A DNA stretch of 17,146 nucleotides from the NCBI RefSeq assembly GCF_006345805.1, contig NW_021824951.1:1-17146 (forward strand), read 5' to 3'. The notes below the pieces were generated by a model. The model was not told where the DNA came from, searched no databases, and was given only the letters and a program-made list of their open reading frames with translations. Below are positions 8,231-17,146 of this stretch, one piece after another (position 1 is the first letter of the stretch; each line of letters opens with the position of its first letter). This DNA comes from Octopus sinensis (lineage: Eukaryota). Position numbers and translations under genes: made by a program.

Positions 8231-8594
8231 AATCATTGCTTTCTTTATATACAGACCCACAAAATACTGAAGACCAGGAGATACCTATTTCTTTATTACG
8301 TTGTAAAAGCTGATACTATCACTGGTGGTGGTCGTGTGAGGATGCGAATGACGGAGGTGGCGGCGAAGGTTGGATGCGTATAGGGATAAGTGTTTTGATT
8401 GAGTGTATACACGCGTGTGGAGTCAGCTGCACACTTCCAGGAGGTGGCGGATGGGGGTCGTAGCATATTTATGTGTATACTGGCACGCGCACTTGTATGT
8501 GTGGTGTTAGAAAAAACAATGGATGACAATGTAATTGTATATACAAGCATGCATGCGTGTTAATATTTACTTCGGGTTGGGCGTAAGTAATGAT

Positions 8595-8629
8595 ATATAT
8601 ATATGTGTGTGCGGCGCGTGTATCAATAT

Positions 8630-8678
<49 letters not shown>

Positions 8679-8718
8679 TATATATATATATATATATATA
8701 TAGATATATATATATATA
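8595..8718. repeat. (TA)n-rich microsatellite
   Basis: Direct inspection; explains the IY-repeat ORFs. Confidence 0.95.
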
Positions 8719-8925
8719 TTAATCCAAACAAGAAGCACAAAAAAACACAACACGCGAGGACGTGGAACAAATATAGTATATTTGACGCTCAGGAAAAAAG
8801 GAAAGAAGGAGGGTTAACGTTTCGAGCGGAGTTCTTCGTCGGAAACATAGGAGAAGGAAAGATCCAGAGAAGGGAAGACAGAGGGAAAAAAATCGCCAAC
8901 GGTACACACGAGGTCACATTTTGAA

Positions 8926-9354
8926 ATATATATATATATATTTGTGTGTGTGCGTGTGTGTGTGTATCTATATAAACATATATGTGTGTATATGTATGTA
9001 TATGTGTGTGTATATATACATATGTGTATGTATAATATATATATGTGTGTGTGTATGCTTGCGCGCGCGTGTGTGTATGAATATATACATATATATGTAT
9101 ATGTATGCATCTATAATATATAAACATATATGTGTCTATGTATATATATATATATATGTATATATATATGTATGTGTATGCATGTATATGTATATATATA
9201 TACATATATGTGTATATATAATATGTGTGTGTGAGTGTGTGTATATATAATAAATATTAATTCTGATCAGTTTGGGTTAAAGCTTTCTCCATAATTACAT
9301 GTGTGTGAATGCGCATGTGTATCTATGTATATATGCATAGACACTCACACCTGT

Positions 9355-9394
<40 letters not shown>

Positions 9395-9420
9395 ACACTA
9401 CTCACACATGTATGTGTGTA
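8926..9420. repeat. Degenerate TA/TG/CA microsatellite field
   Basis: Direct inspection. Confidence 0.93.
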
Positions 9421-9827
9421 TTAGAAAACTACGAAATAACAAGAGTTAGATGCCTCAAGCAGAATTTCTTTTTGTTAATGACTTTCTCAAAACGTCATAA
9501 TTATTTCATTTGCATTCTTAATTGATAAAACGTCTCGGCAGCTTCGAGCACAAAATATGCTTGTCGCTGTAGTGTACGTCACAGAAGGACAACTTTTCGT
9601 TTTTACGAGCTACAGTTTGTTCATCACACGCTGCTCATTGTCGCACGGGATTCTAGGATGCCGATGTTTCGACGTGTTGGGACTCTTCAGCCTGAACCAA
9701 ACTATTAGATTTGCTTATACCTTCAGCGGACAAATTGTTTGCTGATCGCTGCTTGTATCTGTCAACCGACAAATTATCGTTATTTGCACCAACGTCTATA
9801 GCAAGACCAGAATATATATATGTGGAA

Positions 9828-10432
9828 GGCGGCGAGCTGACAGAAACGTTAGCACACCGGGCGAAATGCTTAGCGGTATTTCGTCTGCCGTTACGTTCTG
9901 AGTTCAAATTCCGCGCAGGTCGACTTTGCCTTTCTTCCTTTCGGGGTCGATAAATTAAGTACCAGTTACGCACTGGAGTCGATATAATCGACTTAATTCG
10001 TTTGTCTGTTTTTGTTTGTCCTCTCTATGTTTAGCTCCTTGTGGGTACTAAAGAAATAGAAATAGGTATTTCGTCTGCCGTTACGTACTTAGTTCAAATT
10101 CCGCCGAGGTCGACTTTGCCTTTCATCTTTTCGGGGTCGATTAAATAAGTACCAGTCACGCACTGGGGTCGATGTAATCGACTTAATCCCTTTGCCTGTC
10201 CTTGTTTGTCCCCTCTGCGTTTAGCCCCTTGTGGGTAGTAAAGAAATAGATATTTCGTCTGCCGTTACGTTCTGAGTTCAAATTCCGCCGAGGTCGAATT
10301 TTCCTTTCATTTTTTCGGGGTCTATTAAATAAGTACCAATTAATCACTGGGGTCGATGTAATCGACTTAATCCGTTTGTCTGTCCTTGTTTGTCCCCTCA
10401 GTGTGTAGCCCTTTGTGGGCAATAGAGAAATA
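9828..10432 (+). mobile_element. SINE family B head-to-tail trimer: full unit 9828-10064 plus headless units 10065-10248 and 10249-10432 (184 bp each)
   Basis: Three colinear bodies, each with the B-box (GAGTTCAAATTCC or a close variant). Only unit 1 has the GGCGGCGAGCTG head. Units 2 and 3 start at the same internal site, G(G/A)TATTTCGTCTGCCG. Confidence 0.92.
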
Positions 10433-10618
10433 AATATATGTATGTGGTGTGTGTGAGTGTGTGTAAGAAATAAATGAAGTTGATAATGCTGAGAGAGTAT
10501 ATATGAAGAATTATCAAAATTAATACACTTAAGCGATTTCCAATTTGCCTGATTTTCAAAAGAGTTTCTCACAAGAAACGTGCAACACAGCCGCACGTCT
10601 CTCAAAAATAAAACTTAT

Positions 10619-10759
10619 AAGACGCCCGTCGTATATGTGTATGTGTGTTTGTATGTTTGTGTGTGTGTGTGTGTGTTGTGTGTGTGTGCGTGCGTGTGTG
10701 TGGTGTGTGTGTGTGTGTGTGTGTGTGTTTGTGTTTGTCCCTCTACCACTGCTTGACAA
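10619..10759 (+). mobile_element. CORE-type SINE family A, internal fragment
   Basis: AAGACGCCCGTCG + TA/TG repeat + TGTGTTTGTCCCTCTACCACTGCTTGACAA, matching 13562-13574 and 13760-13872. Confidence 0.7.
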
Positions 10760-11309
10760 ATGTGAAACCGTTTAGATGTATTTATTTTAAAATTTCAATA
10801 AATCATAAATATTTTTACTTTCCATTCATTTCTTCTGTTCGACAATTTATATGGATTAGTAACGAAACACACATACACACATACATACACACACACACAC
10901 ACACACGCACACACACATTGTTATTAATTGTTATTAATCTCAGCTGTATCTCTCAAAAAAACAAAACCCAAAAACGCCCCTTAGTTTTCAATAATATTTC
11001 TAGCTGCCATAGACTTCCTCTTAGTATATAGAAAATCTCTCTTGAAAGACCAATGTTGTATAGTATAAGCAATAATTGCTCTATGTTCAGTAATAGCAGG
11101 AAGGCTAATAAACTATTCATTTTTTCCCAAATAAGCGCCTAGAGCAGCTGGTAATGTTGCTAATTACATCAATTCAAGTGACTAACATTAAAACATTAAG
11201 AAACGGTTTTATATTTACAATAATGAAGCTACGTTGTCGCAGTGTTTTGCGTTTACAATCTATATAATAATCTGCTTGTTCGTTCGCCCATTATGCTTTA
11301 GTTAGTCAG

Positions 11310-11720
11310 AGATGTTGAGGTGAAGTGAGTGAGAGGTGGAGTAAGAATGAGAGAGAGGGAGGAATGTGGGTTGAGAAGAAAGAAGTGAGGAAGACGTACA
11401 GAAAGATGTCTAAAAGGCTAAATGCGTTACGTGGTTAGTTAAAGGGAGAGGCGAAGAGCGAGGGGGGAAAACGGTGAGAGAAAAGAGGGAGAAGGAAGTG
11501 TTAACGACGTTCTGTAAGGTGGGGAGGGAAAGTTAAAAAGAAAGAGATATGTTTGGGATACAATATTTAGCAGAGGGTGATGTTCGGATGGTGAGATTAA
11601 AGAAAGGTAAATAGAGATGGACAGGGGAGGCAGTTACATTGAGAGAGAGAGAGAGAGGGGTGGGGGGTGTAGAGGGTTGCGTGTAGCATTTATATTATCA
11701 AAGTAGAGATAGATCGACAG
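11310..11720. repeat. Purine-biased low-complexity region with (GA)n
   Basis: Strong A/G bias; (GA)n at 11641-11657. Confidence 0.6.
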
Positions 11721-12369
11721 AAAGAAAAAGTATATATAAACAATCAGCTGGGTTGAAATGAAATGAGCTTTGTTACTGATGATGGTGGTGTGTGGATAGT
11801 GAAAAGTAATTTTTTTTATTGAACTAAATCTATAATATTATTCTTCTATCTGTTCGTTCACACTTTACGATTTAGCTTGCTAGAGAGGAGGAGGTGGAGG
11901 AGGAGGCGGTGGATTGAAAGAGAGAATGTGAGAGTGAATGAGAGAGCAGATAGCCAGCCGATGCATTATGCTACCAATCACGTGGTTTGTGGAAGTGAGA
12001 AGTGACGTGAAAGAGAGACATGTTAAAGACATGAAGATGGGAATTACATGGTTAAAAAGTTTGTTGAAGAAGTAGAAAGAAAAATAAAATAAAGTGCTTT
12101 GAAGAAGGAAATTTGAGGAAGGATTTTGACTGGAAGTGAAATAATTTAGCAAAGCAAAAATGAAAATGCAGATCATTCTTATATAACTTTTCTCAATCTT
12201 TTTCTGTGAAATTTCCATGGCTTCCACTCATACAACTTTATAAACTAAGAGACTATTCAACGCTACTTCGTCGGTCCTTCATTTCGCCTTTGCTCCTAAT
12301 TTATTTTGGGTGTAGAGTTGTAATAATCGAAAAGAACCTTATTTAAACGTCTTGTATAAAATTTATAAA

Positions 12370-12750
12370 ACGCTTGGCCGCATGGATAAGGAGTTCACTT
12401 TGAAACCACGTGGTTTTGGGTGTGGCCCCAATGCGCATCTCTTTTGTGCAAGCGTCTTCTATAACCCCAAACCAACAAGGGCCTTGTGAGTGAATTTCAT
12501 TGAGATAAACTGTGCGGAAGGCGTCGTATACGAATATGTCGCTGAGTGTATATGGCTGTGTGTCTCTATGTCTGTGTTTGTTCTCCTCTCACAGCAGGTT
12601 TGTTTACAGCTCCGTAATTTAGCGGAGTGATAGAATAAGTACCAGGCTTTAAAAAAAATACCAAAAAACTAAGGTCGATTTGTTCGACTAAAACCCTTCA
12701 AAGCGGTATCCCAACGTGGTCGTAGTCCAATGACTGAAACAAGTAAAAGA
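12370..12750 (+). mobile_element. Old, diverged full-length CORE-type SINE family A
   Basis: Degenerate head TGGCCGCATGGATAAG; core GCAAGCGTCTTCTATAACCCC...GCCTTGTGAGTG; tail GGTCGATTTGTTCGACTAAAACCCTTC...CAATGACTGAAACAAGTAAAAGA. Confidence 0.72.
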
Positions 12751-12765
12751 AGATTTAAGCATGCA

Positions 12766-13177
12766 TTTACTCATTCTTATTTACTCATTTGCTTGTTTCA
12801 GTCATTTGACTGCGGCCATGCTGGAGCACCGCCTTTAGTCGAGCAACTCGACCCCGGGACTTATTCTATTTAAGCCCAGTACTTATTCTATCGGTCTCTT
12901 TTGCCGAACCGCGAAGTGACGGGGACATAAACACACCAGCATCGGTTGTCAAGCAATGCTAGGGGGAAAAACACAGACACACAAACCAACACGCACACAT
13001 ACATATATATACATATATACGACGGGCTTCTTTCAGTTTCCGTCTACCAAATCCACTCACAAGGCTTTGGTCGGCCCGAGGCTATAGTAGAAGACACTTG
13101 CCCAAGGTGCCACGCAGTGGGACTGAACCCGGAACCATGTGGTTGGTAAGCAAGCTACTTACCACACAGCCACTCCT
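12766..13177 (-). mobile_element. CORE-type SINE family A, near full length, well preserved
   Basis: Head AGGAGTGGCTGTGTGGTAAG (13177), B-box GGTTCAGTCCC, CORE segment, internal microsatellite and tail CAGCATGGCCGCAGTCAAATGACTGAAACAAG. Confidence 0.9.
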
Positions 13178-13440
13178 AAATTTCTAACAACGGGTGTCGT
13201 TGTTTGTTTCACGCCTGAGCTTAATCGTTGATAAATTAAGTTCTACTGATACTTCTGGCTCCATATTTATTTCTGGTTGTGTTTGGCACGTGCTAAAATC
13301 TTAGATGAAAACACTTAAACATGCGGTAGGGCCTGCATCTATTGAGACGATGATCCATTGCATTCTCCGTACGCACTTCACAATTTCTTTAATGGAGGTT
13401 CGTTAATGAAGTCGTTATCATGTAGCAGTGTCCTTCCGTT

Positions 13441-14052
13441 AGTTCTTCCCAACCTCATGGTTACAGATTCAGTCCCACTGTATGGCACTTCGGCAAATGT
13501 CTTCTACTATAGCCCCAGGCTGATCAAAGCCTTGTGACTGGCTATGGACGCCGGAAACTTAAAGACGCCCGTCGAGGTCGACTAAATTCCGTCGAGGTCG
13601 ACTAAAAACCGCCGAGGTCGACTTTGTCTTTCATCCTTTCGGGGTCGATAAATAAAGTACCAGTTATGCACTGGGGTCGATGTAATCGACTTAATACCTA
13701 TGTCTGTCCTTGTTTGTCCCCTCTATGTTTAGCCCCTTGTGGGTAGTAAAAAGAAATACGCATATGTGTATGTGTGTTTGTGTGTGTGTGTGTGGTGTGC
13801 GTGGTGTGTGTGTTGTGTGTGTATGTGTGTGTGTCTTTGTGTCTGTGTTTGTCCCTCCACCACTGCTTGACAACCGGTGCTGGTGAATTTACGTTCACGT
13901 AACTTAGCAGTTCGGCAAAAGACATCGATAGAATAAGTAACAGAATTTAAAAAGTAAGTACTGGGATCGATTCTTTCTAACAAAACAAATTGTTTAAGAC
14001 GGTGCCCCAGCATGGCCGCAGTCTAATGACTGAAACAAGTAAAAAAAAAAAT
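13441..14052 (+). mobile_element. CORE-type SINE family A interrupted by a nested family B SINE
   Basis: 5' part about 13441-13574 (GATTCAGTCCCACTG...AAGACGCCCGTCG); 3' part 13759-14052 (TG repeat ... CAGCATGGCCGCAGTCTAATGACTGAAACAAGTAAAA). Confidence 0.82.
13575..13758 (+). mobile_element. 5'-truncated SINE family B nested in the family A copy
   Basis: Starts in a triplicated 20-mer (13569-13623), continues CTTTCATCCTTTCGGGGTCGATAAA and ends GTAAAAAGAAATA. Confidence 0.87.
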
Positions 14053-14590
14053 AGAAGGGAAAAGATGATCTCCATACATTTCAGACATTTTTGCACCTTC
14101 AATTCAAGGTAGGTGAACTTAGGTCTCACCTTTTACTTACAACATAAAATTAACATTTTCTTTGGTTTTTCTCTGTGTTGAAGGATGGGATAATAATGGT
14201 AGACAGGTGGTGCTTAGGTCAATGGTTTCTTTACAGTTTTACCAATTCTTTCTATGGTAGTTTAAGGTTTGTTTCGGAAGTCTTTCATTAATATGATTGA
14301 TATTTCAGCGGTTGGAAGGACAGCTGCTGTATGGGGCAGCCATTTCTTTGGAAATGATCGATACATGTTGACGGAGACATTTAGCCGCGAAATGGTTCCA
14401 TTTTTGGCGGATTATCGACTTCGTCACCGTAATTCTTTAAGCGATTCGTTTTCGAGAATAGAAGAATGCTATCAGGATTTATTTTATAGCACTGGAATAA
14501 ATCTGGATATTGGAGAAAACACAAAAAGTAGTTATAGAAATGCTGACGTCGTCTTCGATGCGCTGAAAGACGTGTCTTCCCTTGATGTTA

Positions 14591-14592
<2 letters not shown>

Positions 14593-14653
<61 letters not shown>

Positions 14654-14667
14654 TTGTTGTTGTTGTT
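14593..14667. repeat. (GCT)19-(GTT)6 trinucleotide tract
   Basis: Direct count. Confidence 0.96.
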
Positions 14668-14770
14668 GGCACTATGTCGGTATTCACAGAATCGAAATTG
14701 AACGAAGTTTTATTTTGGGGATTCAGTCTAAATAGCGTTAACTAGTCGAATATAGAAGCAGCTCTTATAA

Positions 14771-15206
14771 TACATACATACATTCATACATACATACCTA
14801 CACCCACATACATACATATACATACATACATATACATACATACATACACACGTACATACATACATACACACACACATACACACATACATACACATACATA
14901 CATACACACACACACATACATACATACATACATACATGCATACATACATACATACATACATACATACATACATACATACATACATGCATACATACATACA
15001 TACATACATACATACATACATACATACATACACACACACATACACACATACATGCATACATACATACATATACACACACATACACACACATACATACATA
15101 CATACACACATACATACATACATACACACATACATACACATACACACACACATACATACATACATACATACATACATACATACATAGATACACACATACA
15201 TACATA
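14771..15206. repeat. (TACA)n tetranucleotide array with CA variants
   Basis: Direct inspection. Confidence 0.97.
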
Positions 15207-15267
15207 GACTTGTCACTTTGTTAACAACCGGCTTGAACTCTATGAAGAACTTAAATAAAGCTCAAAG

Positions 15268-15305
<38 letters not shown>

Positions 15306-15413
15306 CAAATTATTGACCTAAGCTATATAAGATCGGTACAATTGGCGAGAAGACATATTCAGGCATATGAAACAGTCTACTAGTCTTCACGTCGGCTTAT
15401 GAAGGCGCCATTG

Positions 15414-15825
15414 CATGTATGTATGTATGTATGTATGTATGTGTATGTATGTATGTATGTATGTATGTATGTGTGTGTGTATGTATGTATGTATGTATGT
15501 ATGTATGTATGTATTATGTATGTATGTACGTGTGTATGTATGCATGCATGTATGTCTGTATGTATTTGTGTATGTATGTATGTATCTATGTATTACGTGT
15601 GTATGTATGCATGTATGTATGTATGTATTTGTGTATGTACGTGTGTATGTATGCATGCATGTATGTATTTGTGTATGTACGTGTATATGTATGCATGCAT
15701 GTATGTATGTATGTATTTGTGTATGTATGTATGTATGTATGTACGTGTGTATGTATGCATGCATGTATGTATTTGTGTATGTACGTGTATATGTATGCAT
15801 GCATGTATGTATGTATGTATTTGTG

Positions 15826-15859
<34 letters not shown>

Positions 15860-16162
15860 TGTATGTATGTGTGTGTGTATGTATGTATGTATGTATGTAT
15901 GTGTACATATGGGCAGATATACGTATGTATGGTAGATATATGCACGTTTGTATGTATATACATGTCTATCAATGTTCGTAAATACATAAGTATGCATGAA
16001 CGTACATACGTATATAAGCATGTATGTATGTGTGTACGTATATACGTATGTATGTACGTATATACGTACATATATATGCATGTATGTAGGTATGTACGTA
16101 TGTATATATGCATGTATGTACGTATGTATATATGTTTGTATGTATGTACTTACGTACGTACG
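15414..16162. repeat. (TATG/TGTA)n tetranucleotide array with higher-order substructure
   Basis: Direct inspection; reverse-complement orientation relative to 14771-15206. Confidence 0.97.
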
Positions 16163-16377
16163 TCACTCTAAAGATGAAGGTCAGATCTATCCAATTACTA
16201 TTTGCTTCCATTATTGATTGCATATTTTGGCGAACTACATCTGACAACATTATGGAGTAACTCTGAGCCCCCAGAAACAGCTGTCGGACTTGTAACACCT
16301 TACTTCTATAACTCTACTGAATATTCGTTGTCTGAAAATTTTTAATCTTTTCATTTCTCTATTTACATGTATACATG

Positions 16378-16411
<34 letters not shown>

Positions 16412-16607
16412 TAATATCTATATATATATATATATATATATATTTAAGTAGTTGAATGAATTATCTTATTAAGGATAATTCGAAAGATAACCGATACCTG
16501 GGTAGCAAATTCACATCAGAAAGAACACGGTTGAAGCTACGTCCCTAGGGCATAGACACGTGCTTCGTGCGGAAAGGAAATTTGTATGTTTATTTTAAAA
16601 TTATAAG

Positions 16608-16811
16608 TATATGAAAGAATGGAGTTGAACGACTAGTTAACAAATATCCTTTATTCTCGACATATGTTTCGAAGTCTGCATATTCCTAATTCCGAAGGAA
16701 TAAGGAGTACATATTGCAGATTTCTCGGAATTAGGAATATGCAGCCTTCGAAACATACGTCGAGAATAAAGGATATTTGTTAACTAGTCGTTCAACTCAT
16801 TCTTTCATATA
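16608..16811. mobile_element. 204-bp foldback / palindromic MITE-like element
   Basis: Arms 16608-16695 (88 nt) and 16725-16811 (87 nt) are reverse complements with 2 mismatches and one 1-nt indel. 29-nt spacer; TA at the ends. Confidence 0.75.
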
Positions 16812-17146
16812 TATATATATTATATATTGTATACCAAAATCAAGCAGTTTTATTTCTTTATTCTGTATTTATGTAGGCATATATATTATAATTATATAAT
16901 ATATATATTATATATATATATATATATAGATGGAGATATGTATGTAGGCAATTATGTCTGTATGTTAAAAATTATGTGTGTATACATTATACGTTCATGT
17001 ATGCATGTACCTATGTGTGTATGCCTCAAGTATTTTCTGTATATATAGGTGAGTGGATAGGAAGGGAGAGAAATACGTATGTTTGATTTATGCACGCATG
17101 TATATACACATCCATGCATATATGCATACATGAATGTATATTTGTA
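16803..17146. repeat. TA/TG-rich low-complexity sequence
   Basis: Direct inspection. Confidence 0.7.

Noticed and set aside
8469-9525. Overlapping ORFs rich in IY/YT/HT/CV repeats
   Set aside because: Translations of TA/TG/CA microsatellites, which lack stops in some frames.
9828-9915. tRNA-like sequences with A/B boxes (SINE heads; also 7248-7295)
   Set aside because: SINE heads or a PBS rather than tRNA genes: no complete cloverleaf, and embedded in mobile elements.
11965-12012. CCAAT, CACGTG and TGACGTGA motifs clustered like a promoter
   Set aside because: No TSS or gene context, and spacing does not match a defined composite element.
13569-13623. Short regular repeats superficially like a CRISPR array (also the 184-bp trimer)
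   Set aside because: Eukaryotic context, no unique spacers, no cas genes; explained as SINE-derived duplications.
14728-16298. Long ORFs (up to 250 aa) of MYVC/HTYI repeats
   Set aside because: Artefacts of the (TATG)n/(TACA)n arrays.
16458-16481. 8-bp hairpin GAATTATC/GATAATTC
   Set aside because: Too short and AT-rich to be significant.

Overview
AT-rich eukaryotic genomic DNA, rich in microsatellites and transposons. I can find no credible intact protein-coding gene; most ORFs in the supplied track are artefacts of TA/TG/CA/TATG repeats. The two dominant tRNA-derived SINE families (a CORE-type SINE and a second SINE with a Meta/MESC-like centre) look like the abundant octopus SINEs, so this is probably an octopod intron or intergenic region. 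That assignment comes from recall, not from a database search. The main result is a complete 478-bp miniature LTR retrotransposon (TRIM, 7119-7596). It has TGT...ACA LTRs, a perfect 5-bp TSD and a PPT, and its primer-binding site extends into a 48-nt antisense copy of mature tRNA-Ser, from CCA back to about A37. It sits inside a decayed L1/Tx1-clade LINE ORF2 (about 6778-8230, minus strand). Other elements: a non-autonomous Helitron, a hAT MITE, an unclassified TIR element, an 88-bp-arm foldback, a head-to-tail SINE trimer with a recurrent palindromic junction, a SINE nested in a SINE, two tail-to-tail inverted SINE pairs and large opposed (TACA)n/(TGTA)n arrays.
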